Shown here: piece after piece, positions 18,775 to 28,675 of the stretch | Position numbering within the stretch: position 1 is the stretch's first letter | How the letters are laid out: every line of letters begins with the position of its first letter | Assembly (NCBI GenBank): GCA_038065275.1 | Contig: JBBTRH010000005.1 | Coordinates: 26,466 to 90,465 of the forward strand | Source: Patescibacteria group bacterium | GTDB lineage: Bacteria; Patescibacteriota; Patescibacteriia; SBBC01; CAIJZX01 | DNA: 64,000 bases | Reading direction: 5' to 3' | Notes under the pieces: generated by a model | The model's input: the letters and a program-made list of their open reading frames with translations, nothing else | Databases searched by the model: none | What the model was told of the DNA's origin: nothing | Made by a program: the position numbers and the translations under genes

Positions 18775-18984
18775 TTACTCAAAGTCGTTTTCGTTCAACT
18801 GTGCTTGCCTGATGATAGATCGAAAAGTGCCGAACGGGACTTCTTTACGATTCATTGGAACAATGACGGTCAATGTCGTCGGACTGGCGCGCCGAAACTT
18901 GGCGTGACTTCCTTTTTGAGCTACAAAAAAACCGTGCTGTCGGAGCACATGGGTTATCTGCTTTGAGGAATACCGTTTAGGCAT
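18775..18984 (-). CDS. HicA-family toxin
   Basis: GF....KGSH motif; 69 aa. Confidence 0.88.
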   Translation of the reverse strand: MPKRYSSKQITHVLRQHGFFVAQKGSHAKFRRASPTTLTVIVPMNRKEVPFGTFRSIIRQAQLNENDFE

Positions 18985-19192
18985 AGGCGAGAGAGCGAAC
19001 GATTTCCGCTCTCTCTACCTGAGCCACCGGCGGACGCTTCGCGTCCTCGAAGTAGAGTTCTAAGGCTTCGTTAAGATTTCGTAAGGCCGACCGTCTTGTC
19101 CGTCCAAAGCTGGATACGTCAACGTTAAGACATTGAGCTACGTAGTGCTTGCCCTCTTTCCAGACGACGTTTTGGAGACGCAAAGGCTTCAT
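18977..19192 (-). CDS. HicB-family antitoxin (short)
   Basis: YVAQC..VSSFG.T...AL.NL.EALELY motif. Confidence 0.88.
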   Translation of the reverse strand: MKPLRLQNVVWKEGKHYVAQCLNVDVSSFGRTRRSALRNLNEALELYFEDAKRPPVAQVERAEIVRSLAYA

Positions 19193-19359
19193 AGTTTCTG
19201 TACAATATCAAACCACTTGCCGCTTGTCAAATGACAATTTTTACCGGTTGCGACGTTACTTATATGGACATCGTCACGCTGTTCGAAGCAGAAAGCTATC
19301 GGCAGGCAGTGCAACCGCCGCACCTCAACCTGGTGGTCAGGAAACCGGCGCGGTGTTTG

Positions 19360-20034
19360 TTACTTCGTGAAGGTGAGGGTGGAGAGGATTGCTTTCGAGC
19401 GCGTTTGAGCAGAGGGGTGCCAAAGCAGGTATTTATTACCTCCGTACTCGACGATGTAGTATGTATGTTCTTCATTGAGGACGTAACCTCCGTCGCCGAT
19501 GTAATCCTTGAATGAACCGGTTACGGTGAGCGAGTACGCAACCTGCCCAGCTACTGTCGTTTCTGTCAGATCACCGACTTCCTTGTTCGGAATATTCGGA
19601 TTTTTATCGTTTTTATTGCCCTCCCAAACCTTCGTAGCGAAATCCTTGAGTGAGAGCTTCAGCGCGGCATCGTTCGGATTGCTGTACCGAGGATTAGCCG
19701 CTTCGACACTAAACAACGCGCTCTGCCTTACGTTGTTAACGAGAGAGCCGGGTACTCCGACGCTCGAGGCGACCGATGCCTGCTTCCCGTACTCGTTACC
19801 ATACACATCACTATCGACATCGTTCGGGTACTTGAAGGTGTAGCCGTAGGCAGTGTTGGTGAACGTCTTCCACCCGGCAGTGGGGCCGGAGACATGAAAC
19901 GTTGACAGCATCTGGGTGAACGTTTCGGTGTATCCATCAAGGGCGCTCGCTAACTCCCAAACATGACCGCTAATGTTGACATAAACCGTATCGTGGAGAA
20001 ATGTCCCTCGTCCGCTGAGCGTCGGATCGGTCAA
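19360..20034 (-). CDS. PsbP-like repeat surface protein, C-terminal part (likely frameshifted from the upstream ORF)
   Basis: WKTFTNTAYGYTFKYP..ILSTLTF; begins mid-domain. Confidence 0.6.
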   Translation of the reverse strand: MTDPTLSGRGTFLHDTVYVNISGHVWELASALDGYTETFTQMLSTFHVSGPTAGWKTFTNTAYGYTFKYPNDVDSDVYGNEYGKQASVASSVGVPGSLVNNVRQSALFSVEAANPRYSNPNDAALKLSLKDFATKVWEGNKNDKNPNIPNKEVGDLTETTVAGQVAYSLTVTGSFKDYIGDGGYVLNEEHTYYIVEYGGNKYLLWHPSAQTRSKAILSTLTFTK

Positions 20035-20600
20035 AACTGTGCCGACAACTCGGTAACCCGTTGTCCATCAACGATGATAGTCGTCGTCTTTGCGTCAGAG
20101 AAATTTTTCGCCTGAGCCTGGGCATATGCGAGGGGCGTGGCTGAAGGTCTGGGGATGATGCTAATCGCCTGCAATCCGGCGTCACATTCAATTGTGGATG
20201 GAGCCAGATATATGGTTGGATCATTTTCTCCGCAAACCTTTGTCTTCGTCTGCCACGCCGGTGGGTACTTCAAGCTGAAGCTAAGCGTTCCGTCAACGTA
20301 CATCTTCCAATCCTTCGTCGCATCGTTGGTAGTGTTCGTGTTTGTAGCCACATTCGTATTTCCATTTGCCATCGGACAAGCGGCAAACCCACACTTCGGC
20401 GGAACACGTCCGACCGACGATCCGTCCGGGCAGACTTTTGCGTCCATGATGCACGCCACTTCATTCGTGTCGGCGGTATTGCTGTTCGTGACCGTCTTCT
20501 TCGGCGCGGTAATCGCTAAGTTCAAGACCAACAAAAACGCCGCCACGGACATGACCGCGACGACGACTGGGATCAGGATGTTGCCTTGGCGCATGTGCAA
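20031..20600 (-). CDS. Membrane-anchored PsbP-like protein, N-terminal part
   Basis: TM anchor, CIMDAKVCPDGSSVGR motif, WKMY...FSLKYP. Confidence 0.7.
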   Translation of the reverse strand: MHMRQGNILIPVVVAVMSVAAFLLVLNLAITAPKKTVTNSNTADTNEVACIMDAKVCPDGSSVGRVPPKCGFAACPMANGNTNVATNTNTTNDATKDWKMYVDGTLSFSLKYPPAWQTKTKVCGENDPTIYLAPSTIECDAGLQAISIIPRPSATPLAYAQAQAKNFSDAKTTTIIVDGQRVTELSAQF

Positions 20601-20648
20601 AAAGTTATCCGAAAGTGGCCGGACCGTTCGTAAAAAAATCTTCCGCCG

Positions 20649-20786
20649 TTAAATTGCGAAGTTCAGAACGAGCAAGAACGCGGCGATCGCCAAGAACGCT
20701 ACCACGACCGGGATCAAGTAATTGTGCTCGGCCTTTTTCCCTTGTGGCGCGGGTGCGATTGGTTGAGCAACCACTGGTTTATTCAT
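20649..20786 (-). CDS. 45-aa single-TM peptide
   Basis: GGAGG RBS; MNKPVVAQ...YLIPVVVAFLAIAAFLLVLNFAI, similar to the anchor of the next gene. Confidence 0.6.
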   Translation of the reverse strand: MNKPVVAQPIAPAPQGKKAEHNYLIPVVVAFLAIAAFLLVLNFAI

Positions 20787-20840
20787 GTCCTCCATACGTT
20801 TTTGTGTAAGTTGTTCGTGTGAATAAGTATAGCAAAAAAC

Positions 20841-20948
20841 AGACGTTAATGGTAGTAGCTATCGGCTGGTTCTCATCGGGCAAAACTGCTTTTTTTACGT
20901 ACCAGCGGGTTTAAACCCGCTGGTACGCCCACAAAATAATTAACGTCT
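20841..20948. repeat. 108-bp element with AGACGTTAAT inverted ends and an internal 30-bp palindrome
   Basis: AGACGTTAAT..ATTAACGTCT; CGTACCAGCGGGTTTAAACCCGCTGGTACG. Confidence 0.6.
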
Positions 20949-20970
20949 ATCACGTGCTGACCGAGCCGTC

Positions 20971-21279
20971 TTACGCCGAGATCTTGGTGATCTTGACGGT
21001 CGTCACCTGTTGACGGTGGCCGAATTTGCGGTGGTAACGGACTTTATTGTGGAACTTCACGCCGATCACCTTGTCCGTCCGTTCTTGGGTCAGTACCGTG
21101 CCTTCCACCTTGGCGCCATTGACCGTCGGATTGCCCAGTGTCGCCTCGGTGTCGCCAACGAGCAACACATCGTCGAACACTACCGGCTGGCCGGCTTCGA
21201 TCGCAAGTTTCTCAATGGTGATGGTTTGCTCCGGAGCGACCAGATATTGCTTGCCGCCGGTGCGGATGACTGCGTGCAT
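20971..21279 (-). CDS. rplU: 50S ribosomal protein L21
   Basis: AVIRTGGKQY..GHRQ. Confidence 0.96.
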   Translation of the reverse strand: MHAVIRTGGKQYLVAPEQTITIEKLAIEAGQPVVFDDVLLVGDTEATLGNPTVNGAKVEGTVLTQERTDKVIGVKFHNKVRYHRKFGHRQQVTTVKITKISA

Positions 21280-21316
21280 AGGGAATAGGAAATTGTGCCC
21301 GGGCAGTATAGCGGGG

Positions 21317-21817
21317 TTATTCTGTCATGTCAACTCTGGCCTCATCCCCAACGCGCAGGCCGTGCCGGCTGGCAAAGCCGGCCGCGACCTCCAGCACCCT
21401 ATCGACGGGAACGATCGGTTCGATAATCGGCATGTTGGTCGACGACGGGTCGATCGGCGGCGATACATCGCTGGTCAGGTCGACGATCCGGCCGCTATTC
21501 AGCCAGACGAAATCGAGCGGGATAATCATGCCCTTCATCCAGAACGAGGGGCGTTGGGGCGGGTCGAAGATCCACAACATGCCTTCGACGTCGGTCAGCT
21601 GCGTCCGGCCGGCCAAACCTAGTTCCTGCAAGGCGGTTGTCGTCGGCACCAGGGCGTGAACGCTCGCATCGGAAAAGACCACCGTGGCCCGGCCGTACCC
21701 GTTGGCATCAACGGCTAGCCGCCCGGAGGCGGCCATCTGTTTTTCCACCGGCCAGAATAAGGCCACCACGAACAGGTAGAACGACCCGGCCACGGCGATA
21801 AACCAGCCGGTTTTCAT
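21317..21817 (-). CDS. DUF192 protein
   Basis: GL...GMLWIF..FWMK....LD..VLEVAAG. Confidence 0.88.
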   Translation of the reverse strand: MKTGWFIAVAGSFYLFVVALFWPVEKQMAASGRLAVDANGYGRATVVFSDASVHALVPTTTALQELGLAGRTQLTDVEGMLWIFDPPQRPSFWMKGMIIPLDFVWLNSGRIVDLTSDVSPPIDPSSTNMPIIEPIVPVDRVLEVAAGFASRHGLRVGDEARVDMTE

Positions 21818-22920
21818 TGGCTGATGGAGTCAGGACGGCGCCGCGAACTGCGGTGCATGACCCACCACACCAGCAGGGCCATGACCACCAACAACCCGCC
21901 GAGCACCTCAAGTTTCTGCACGCCCCGGACGTAGAGCGTGCTCAAACCAAACAGCGCTACCAGCAGGTAGATGAGCAGTACGCTTTGCCGCGTGGACAGG
22001 CCGGCGTCGAGCAAGCGGAAGTGGAGGTGGAGGCGGTCGGCGCTAGCGAACGGCGACTTACCCGCCCGTAGCCGCTGGACAATCACCCACAGCAGGTCGA
22101 GGATCGGTAAGCCGAGGATGAGCAGGGCGGTCGCGATCTTGCCGCCGGATATAATCGACAGGACGCCGAGCAGGAAACCGATGTATAGCGACCCGCTTTC
22201 CCCCAGAAACACCTTGGCCGGATGCCAGTTCCAAATCAGGAACCCGGTTGACGCGCCGGTCAGGCTTAAGGCCAGTAATCCGACTCCGGTTTGGCTGACC
22301 TCCGGACGCAACGTCAAGAGAAAAATAATCAGCGATCCGATTACCCCCAGGCCGCTGACCAGTCCGTCGAGTCCATCGAGAATCTTGGTGGTATAGGTCG
22401 CCCCCATCAGCCACAGGAAAGTGAACAAGTCGGCCCACAGCGTCAGGTGGTAAGGCTCGCCGCGCCAGGTAAAGAGCGTCAATCGCACTCCGGTCAAGTC
22501 GAGGAAGCCGCCGAACGGATTGGTGATGAATTGCACGCCGATCCCGGTCGCGATGGCCACCCCCGCCGCCATGACCACCCACCCTATTTGTCGTTTGGCC
22601 GGCAGTCTGAACCGGTCATCAAGCGCCCCGCCGATCGCGATCAACGCTCCGGCGGCGGTCAAACCGACCAGGTACTTGACCGGCAGTTCGCCGCTGATGA
22701 GCGCGCCCATCTTCGACAGCACGAACCAGGTGATCCACGTGGCGGCGATGATCGCCAGCCCGCCGAGTAACGGCACCGGGCGACGGTGGAGCTTCCGATC
22801 CGGCGCTTGGGCCGGATCATCAACGACTGACCAGCGGCGGGCCACGGCCATGACCACCGGCGTTATTCCGCCGGCCGCCGCCAGGCTCACGCTAAGCGCG
22901 ATGATTTGCGCCGTGGTCAT
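21814..22920 (-). CDS. MraY/WecA(TagO)-family undecaprenyl-phosphate glycosylphosphotransferase
   Basis: P.LGG, DD, DGLDGL, PAKVFLG and HLH motifs. Confidence 0.9.
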   Translation of the reverse strand: MTTAQIIALSVSLAAAGGITPVVMAVARRWSVVDDPAQAPDRKLHRRPVPLLGGLAIIAATWITWFVLSKMGALISGELPVKYLVGLTAAGALIAIGGALDDRFRLPAKRQIGWVVMAAGVAIATGIGVQFITNPFGGFLDLTGVRLTLFTWRGEPYHLTLWADLFTFLWLMGATYTTKILDGLDGLVSGLGVIGSLIIFLLTLRPEVSQTGVGLLALSLTGASTGFLIWNWHPAKVFLGESGSLYIGFLLGVLSIISGGKIATALLILGLPILDLLWVIVQRLRAGKSPFASADRLHLHFRLLDAGLSTRQSVLLIYLLVALFGLSTLYVRGVQKLEVLGGLLVVMALLVWWVMHRSSRRRPDSISQ

Positions 22921-23324
22921 ACCGGCTCGCTTAGATAGGATTCGAGCAATAATTGGGCGGCCAGACTGTCTTCCTGGCCGCGGGCAAGCGGGCGGTCGGC
23001 CTGGTGTTGTTCGCGGCGGACGGCCTGTGATGAATGTCGCTCATCGCGTTTGATGATCGGGATAACGACACGGCGTTCCAATTCATTGATAAAATGTTGC
23101 ACCCGCTCGGCCTGCGGTCCGGTCGTGCCGTCGTCGTTCAGCGGCCAGCCGACCACCACGCGTTCAATCCGTTCACGATCGATCAGCCCAACCAGCGACG
23201 CCCAGGCGGCGCTCCATTGATCAACCAGCAACGGCGGCCGGATAAAGGCCAGACCGGTGGATGTGTCGCCGACGGCCAAGCCGATTTTCCGTTCGCCGAC
23301 ATCAAGGCCCAGGATCTTGCCCAT
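22917..23324 (-). CDS. ruvX: YqgF/RuvX nuclease
   Basis: LGLDVGERKIGLA, DER..S and DSLAA motifs. Confidence 0.92.
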   Translation of the reverse strand: MGKILGLDVGERKIGLAVGDTSTGLAFIRPPLLVDQWSAAWASLVGLIDRERIERVVVGWPLNDDGTTGPQAERVQHFINELERRVVIPIIKRDERHSSQAVRREQHQADRPLARGQEDSLAAQLLLESYLSEPV

Positions 23325-23325
23325 C

Positions 23326-24075
23326 TTACGCCGTGGTTAAAATGTCGCATCCGCGACCGGTCACCATGACCGTATGTTCGAAATGCGCGGCCGGCTGGCG
23401 GTCGGATGTGATAATCGTCCAGCCGTCCGTCAAAGTCTCCACGGCCGATCCGCCCAGGGTGACCATCGGTTCGATGGCCAGTACCATCCCCGCTACCAGT
23501 TGCGGTCCGCGGTCCGCCTGGCCGACGTTGGGAATGATCGGCGGCTCATGGACGGCCCGACCCAGACCGTGACCGGTCAATTGAGTGACGATGCCGTACC
23601 CGCGCGGGCGCAGGTGGGATTCGATGGCGGCGCTGATGTCCCCGACCCGTCGTCCGGCTTTAACAGCTGTGATGCCGAGATGAAGCGCGGCGGCGGTATC
23701 ATGCAACAGACGTTGCCGCGGCGGGGTAACCTGGCCGACCGCCACCGTCACAGCGTGGTCAGTGAAGAACCCCCGGTAATCGACGCCGATATCGAGGCCG
23801 ATGATGTCGCCGACTCGGAGCCGTCGGTTGTCGGATGGGATCCCGTGCACCACTTCGTCGTTGATTGACGTGCATAAACCTGTCGGATATTCGGCGAACC
23901 CTTTGAACGACGGCCGGCCGCCGAGTTTAGAGATGGTTGATTCGGCCATGGTATTTAGTTCAGCCGTACTAACACCCGGTCGGACGGCTCGGACCACCGC
24001 CTGTAACGCTTGGGCAGCGATCCGGCCACTTTGCCGGAGCTTGGCTACTTCTGCTGGAGCCGTGATGATAGCCAT
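23326..24075 (-). CDS. map: Methionine aminopeptidase type I
   Basis: SINDEVVHGIP, GHGLG..HE.P and AHFEHT motifs. Confidence 0.96.
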   Translation of the reverse strand: MAIITAPAEVAKLRQSGRIAAQALQAVVRAVRPGVSTAELNTMAESTISKLGGRPSFKGFAEYPTGLCTSINDEVVHGIPSDNRRLRVGDIIGLDIGVDYRGFFTDHAVTVAVGQVTPPRQRLLHDTAAALHLGITAVKAGRRVGDISAAIESHLRPRGYGIVTQLTGHGLGRAVHEPPIIPNVGQADRGPQLVAGMVLAIEPMVTLGGSAVETLTDGWTIITSDRQPAAHFEHTVMVTGRGCDILTTA

Positions 24076-24719
24076 GGGATGCGCTTCAGCTGGCTAAGGA
24101 GATGGCGGTAAACCGTGGGAATCGGCCAGCGCGCCTCAACAGAAATGATCATCACTCGCTTTCTGAACCAACGCAACACCGGTTCAGTTTCACGGTGATA
24201 AATCCGTAGTCGCTGACGAATGGCCGACGGCGTGTCATCGTCGCGCTGCCAGAGCCTCAGACCATCGCGATCGCAGTAGCCGCGTCGTTTCTTCGGCGGA
24301 TCATAGCGTAGGTGGTAGACATGACCTTGCGGACACACCCGCCGGCCCGCTAAGCGACGAACCGCCGCCTGATCAAGTAAGTGAAGAACAATCAGCACAT
24401 TCGGCCGGCCGAACCGAGCAAACGGCCTAGCCTGGGCCATATTGCGAGGGTACCCATCGCAGATCCAGCCCAGACGGCAATCCGGCTGTGATAACCGCCG
24501 CCGCATCACCTCGTTCGTCAAGCGGACCGGAATCAACCGCCCGCGATTCATCGTCGTCGTGATGCGTTGGCCGAGAGATGTGCCGCGTGCCATTTCATCC
24601 CGTAGCAATTGGCCGGTGGATATGTGCGGGATATGCCAGCGCCGCGCTAAACGATCAGCCTGGGTGCCCTTACCTCCGCCCTGGGGTCCGAGGATAACGA
24701 TGCGGGGAACCTTCTTCAT
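24045..24719 (-). CDS. adk: Adenylate kinase
   Basis: GPQGGGKGTQ, DGYPR and QRDDD motifs. Confidence 0.93.
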   Translation of the reverse strand: MKKVPRIVILGPQGGGKGTQADRLARRWHIPHISTGQLLRDEMARGTSLGQRITTTMNRGRLIPVRLTNEVMRRRLSQPDCRLGWICDGYPRNMAQARPFARFGRPNVLIVLHLLDQAAVRRLAGRRVCPQGHVYHLRYDPPKKRRGYCDRDGLRLWQRDDDTPSAIRQRLRIYHRETEPVLRWFRKRVMIISVEARWPIPTVYRHLLSQLKRIPWLSSRLQQK

Positions 24720-24734
24720 GTAAACGAAGTATAC

Positions 24735-24830
24735 ACTAGTTAGCGACTCATTAGCCAGTTAGTGCGTGAGTTAACTAGCTCGTTAGCTAACGAGCTAATG
24801 AGCTAATGAGCTAAATACTAAACCGCTAAT
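24735..24830. repeat. Degenerate 7-8 bp tandem repeats (GAGCTAAT / TTAGC), inverted about the centre
   Basis: Visible directly between secY and adk. Confidence 0.7.
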
Positions 24831-24831
24831 C

Positions 24832-26109
24832 TTAAAACCCTTCGTAGTCCCGGACGATGAGCTGGGATTCGATCTGCTTGACCGTTTCAATCACCACGCT
24901 GACCACGATTAACAGCGAGGTGCCGCCAACGATCAGGGTCGTCACGCCGGTGAAGCGCTGGACTAAGTTAGGCAGGATGGCGATGGTCCCCAAAAAGAAA
25001 GCGCCGGCCAGCATGATCCGGTTGGTCACGTAGCCGAGATAATCGGCGGTTTGTTTGCCGGGCCGGAGGCCGGGAATAAAGCCGCCCTGCTTTTGGAGAT
25101 TCTCGGCAATCTGATGCGGTTGGAAGACAACGGCGGTGTAGAAGTAGGTAAACGCGAACACCAACAGGAAGTAGAGCGAATCATAGACCAATCCGCCTTG
25201 TTGGAAAAGTCTGAGCGTGGTGCTGGCCAGGTGTTGTAACCAGGGAATCGGCGAACCGACGAAGAATTGCGCCGCCAGCGACGGCATCAGGACGATGGAC
25301 ACGGCGAAGATGATGGGGATGACGCCGGCCTGATTGACGCGCAGGGGCAAGAAGGTGTCTGAACCGCCGACCATTTGCGTGCCGCGGACGCGCCGAGCGT
25401 AGGCGACCGGAACTTTACGCACCGCCTCGGTCACGAAGACTACGGCCAAGATCGTGACCAGTCCGAGGCCGATAAAAACGAGGGTCTGGATCAGCTTACT
25501 GCTGTCGAAGACGGCCGCGGTTTGTTGCAACTCGGTCGGGACGCGAGCGACAATACCGGCGAAGATCATCAGGGAAATGCCGTTACCGATTTTCTTCTCC
25601 GAAATAAGTTCACCCAGCCACATCAGGAAGATTGTGCCGGCGGTGATGGTAATCAAGGCGGTCACGAACTGGTAGGTGGTCAGGTTCGGCAGAATAGCGG
25701 CGCTGGAACGACGGATGAGAGTAATGGTGCCGTACCCTTGCAAGGCCGCCAGCGGGACGGACAGGTAGCGCGTCCATTGATTGATCTTTTCTTGGCCGCG
25801 CTCTCCTTCTTTTTGCAACCGCTCCAGGGACGGAATGATCATCGTCAGCAACTGGAAAATGATCGACGAGGTGATGTACGGCCCCACTCCCAGCATGACC
25901 ACCGAAAAGGTGTCGAAGCCGCCGCCCGAGAAGACGTTCAGCAAGCCCAGGAATTGGTTGGATTGAAAAAAATTTCTCAGGGCTGTAATGTCGACGCCGG
26001 GGATGGGAATGTGCGCCGCCAGCCGAAACACCAACAACAACCCGAGGACAAAGAGAATTTTGTTCCGGACTTCAGTAATTTTCCACACCAGGGCGAGCTT
26101 CTGCCACAT
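24832..26109 (-). CDS. secY: Preprotein translocase SecY
   Basis: GNGISL.IF, AGVIPIIFA, IPGLRPG and GGTSLLIVV motifs. Confidence 0.98.
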   Translation of the reverse strand: MWQKLALVWKITEVRNKILFVLGLLLVFRLAAHIPIPGVDITALRNFFQSNQFLGLLNVFSGGGFDTFSVVMLGVGPYITSSIIFQLLTMIIPSLERLQKEGERGQEKINQWTRYLSVPLAALQGYGTITLIRRSSAAILPNLTTYQFVTALITITAGTIFLMWLGELISEKKIGNGISLMIFAGIVARVPTELQQTAAVFDSSKLIQTLVFIGLGLVTILAVVFVTEAVRKVPVAYARRVRGTQMVGGSDTFLPLRVNQAGVIPIIFAVSIVLMPSLAAQFFVGSPIPWLQHLASTTLRLFQQGGLVYDSLYFLLVFAFTYFYTAVVFQPHQIAENLQKQGGFIPGLRPGKQTADYLGYVTNRIMLAGAFFLGTIAILPNLVQRFTGVTTLIVGGTSLLIVVSVVIETVKQIESQLIVRDYEGF

Positions 26110-26123
26110 GGGCGTCGATGAAG

Positions 26124-26609
26124 TTAGGTGGCTGAACGACGAGGCTTCGGCAGGGTCCGCGACGGACGAGTTAGCGTGACCGCTTGGCCGCCGCTGTCGT
26201 TGATGGCCGCCAACGCGGAGGCCGAGAACTTCTCCGCCTGGACGGTCAATTTCTTTGACAGCCGGCCGCGGCCGAGCACTTTTACTCCCGGCCAGGCGGA
26301 CGGAATCAGTCCGGATTTAACCAGGTCGGCGGGGGTCACCAGGGCGCCATCGGTAAAGCGCGACTGAAGTTGATCCAGGGTCACGATCTGCAGTTTCGGT
26401 TTATGACTGCGGAAACCCCGCCACTTCGGGGTCGGCAGAATCAGCGATTTGAGACTGCGCCGGGTGAGCTTGTTGCGACCCCCGGTGCGAGCGCGTTGCC
26501 CCTTCGTGCCGCGACCGGCCGTGGTACCCTTGCCGGATGAGTTGCCGCGACCGACGCGCTTGGGCTGACCACGACGGCCAGCCGGCCGAAGCGATGACAG
26601 GGTAATCAT
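26124..26609 (-). CDS. rplO: 50S ribosomal protein L15
   Basis: RVGRG.SSGKGTTAGRG.KGQ. Confidence 0.95.
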   Translation of the reverse strand: MITLSSLRPAGRRGQPKRVGRGNSSGKGTTAGRGTKGQRARTGGRNKLTRRSLKSLILPTPKWRGFRSHKPKLQIVTLDQLQSRFTDGALVTPADLVKSGLIPSAWPGVKVLGRGRLSKKLTVQAEKFSASALAAINDSGGQAVTLTRPSRTLPKPRRSAT

Positions 26610-26610
26610 A

Positions 26611-26718
26611 CTCCGCACCACAATAGTGAACAAAAGGATTTCAAAAACAAAGGCTGATTCACCCGGCGAATATGGTTAATATGCGGATCGGTCATATTGT
26701 CTCGATGGTGGGGCGAGG
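26611..26718. repeat. Family-2 inverted-repeat element, 108 bp
   Basis: CTCCGCACCACAATA left arm, degenerate right arm; TCATA on both flanks. Confidence 0.75.
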
Positions 26719-27252
26719 TCATATTGTTTTCCCCCGCCGGGCGGCCGCTTGTTCGCGGGTGCGCAGTTTCTTCAAAGCCTCCATCAGCGCGTAGACGTTG
26801 TTAATTTTATTCGACGAACCGAGGATCTTGCTGACCACGTTCTTGACGCCGGCCAGTTCCATAATCGCTCGAATCGGTCCGCCGGCGATAACGCCGCTTC
26901 CCTTTGGGGCCGGCTTCAGCATTAAGTAAGCACCGCCGGATTTAGTAAAAATTTGGTGCGGGATGGTGTCGTTGACGATCGGCACGCGAATCATGGCTTT
27001 CTTGGCGGCCGTGACCGCTTTCTGAATCGAATTGGAAACGTCCGAACCCTTGGCGATGCCGACGCCGACCCGGCCCTTTTGATCGCCGATGGCGACCGTG
27101 GCCCGGAAACGCATTCGCTTGCCGCCGGCCACTACCCGGGTGACGCGCGACAAATCAATGGTCTTTTGCTCAAATTCACGCGGCTCGCGCGGGCCGCTAC
27201 GGCGTCCTCGCCGTTGACCCCCGCTCCGCCTCTGTCCTGAAGGAAGTGCCAT
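26719..27252 (-). CDS. rpsE: 30S ribosomal protein S5
   Basis: RVTRVVAGGKR..G.GVIAGG. Confidence 0.96.
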   Translation of the reverse strand: MALPSGQRRSGGQRRGRRSGPREPREFEQKTIDLSRVTRVVAGGKRMRFRATVAIGDQKGRVGVGIAKGSDVSNSIQKAVTAAKKAMIRVPIVNDTIPHQIFTKSGGAYLMLKPAPKGSGVIAGGPIRAIMELAGVKNVVSKILGSSNKINNVYALMEALKKLRTREQAAARRGKTI

Positions 27253-27262
27253 AGAAGAACTG

Positions 27263-27610
27263 TTAAAAAATGAGTCCGCCGGCGCGAGCCGCTTCGGCCA
27301 GGGCTTTGACCCGGCCATGGTACTGGTAACCGCCGCGGTCGAAGACCACGGTAGTAATCTTCTGGGTGCGCGCTTTGGCGGCCAGCTCAGTCCCGACAGC
27401 GGCGGCCCGTTCGGTCTTGGTGGCCTTGGCGTTCAGTGGCCGATCCGTCGCCGACACCAAGGTGTGGCCGGCCACATCATCGATCAGCTGGGCCTCAATG
27501 TGCGCGTGGCTACGGAAAACCGCCAGTCGCGGTCGATCAGCCGTGCCGCTGATGCGGGCGCGGACGCGGCGATGCCGGCGGATTCGAGCGGGGGGCGTGC
27601 GGACAGACAT
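27263..27610 (-). CDS. rplR: 50S ribosomal protein L18
   Basis: [25 protein letters not shown]. Confidence 0.97.
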   Translation of the reverse strand: MSVRTPPARIRRHRRVRARISGTADRPRLAVFRSHAHIEAQLIDDVAGHTLVSATDRPLNAKATKTERAAAVGTELAAKARTQKITTVVFDRGGYQYHGRVKALAEAARAGGLIF

Positions 27611-27614
27611 ATGG

Positions 27615-28166
27615 CTATTTGGCGCCGGCGGCTTTCACCACCTTGCCGGCTTTGCGGCGGATAACTTCATCAAGATACTTGATCCCCTTGCCTTTATAGG
27701 GTTCGGGTTTTTTTAACCGGCGGATGGTAGCGGCCGTCTCGCCGACCAGTTGTTTATCGATGCCGCCGATGGTGGCCACGTTCTTTTCAACCGTGATAGT
27801 GATGCCGGCGGGAATGGGAAAGTTGACGGGATGGGAAAAACCGAGGTTTAGGATCAGGTTTTGACCGCTCACTTGGGCCTTGAAACCGACGCCGTTAATT
27901 TCCAACTGTTTCTGGTAGCCGGCGGTCACTCCGGTGATCATGTTGGCGACCAGCATCCGCGTCAAGCCCCACAGCGCGCGGTCGGACTGCGCCTCGGCGT
28001 CCACCACGCTAACCGTCAGCTGTCGCTCGGTCAGGTGCAATGACACCCGCCGGTGGACGGTCATGGTCAGCGTGCCTTTCGGACCGGTAACGTTGACCGT
28101 CTGGCCGTCGACGTTGACTGTCACACCGTCCGGAACGAGAATTGGGAGTTTACCGATGCGCGACAT
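27615..28166 (-). CDS. rplF: 50S ribosomal protein L6
   Basis: [17 protein letters not shown]. Confidence 0.97.
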   Translation of the reverse strand: MSRIGKLPILVPDGVTVNVDGQTVNVTGPKGTLTMTVHRRVSLHLTERQLTVSVVDAEAQSDRALWGLTRMLVANMITGVTAGYQKQLEINGVGFKAQVSGQNLILNLGFSHPVNFPIPAGITITVEKNVATIGGIDKQLVGETAATIRRLKKPEPYKGKGIKYLDEVIRRKAGKVVKAAGAK

Positions 28167-28169
28167 AGA

Positions 28170-28553
28170 TTACGAGATTTCACAAATCACTTCTCCGCCG
28201 AGTCTGGCTTTCCGCGCTTCATCGCTGGTCATCAACCCCTGCGGGGTAGAAATAATGGCCGTGCCGAAGTTGTTCATGACGTGCGGCAACTGGTGGCGAT
28301 TGACGTAGACGCGGCGGCCGGGTTTACTGATGCGTTTCAGGGCGCCGATCACCGGCTGATTCTGGTCGTACTTCAATAACAGCTTCAATTTCGTGTTCTG
28401 CTCCAGGGCGGCCAATCCGATAATCCAGCCCTCTCGTTCGAGCACCTTGGCCAGGGCGTACTTCAACTTGGCGTATGGCAGGATGACCTCGTGCTGGCCG
28501 GCCAGCTGGGCGTTGCGGATTCGGGTCAGCATGTCAGCAATGGGATCGTTCAT
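28170..28553 (-). CDS. rpsH: 30S ribosomal protein S8
   Basis: DPIADMLTRIRNA..ISKPGRRVY. Confidence 0.97.
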   Translation of the reverse strand: MNDPIADMLTRIRNAQLAGQHEVILPYAKLKYALAKVLEREGWIIGLAALEQNTKLKLLLKYDQNQPVIGALKRISKPGRRVYVNRHQLPHVMNNFGTAIISTPQGLMTSDEARKARLGGEVICEIS

Positions 28554-28554
28554 A

Positions 28555-28659
28555 CCCAGCTCCACAATAGCGAATACATCATATCGGAATTCATGTGCAG
28601 TTGAGAAAGAAAAATATCCATGGCGTGGCGATTAAGCTTCTCACTATTGTGGGGCTGGG
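28555..28659. repeat. Family-2 element, 105 bp
   Basis: 19-bp IR (17/19) CCCAGCTCCACAATAGCGA; TCATA on both flanks. Confidence 0.88.
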
Positions 28660-28675
28660 TCATAAGCGGATAATC

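Noticed and set aside
26610-26718. Missing rpmD (L30) as a novelty
   Set aside because: Loss of uL30 is established for CPR bacteria.
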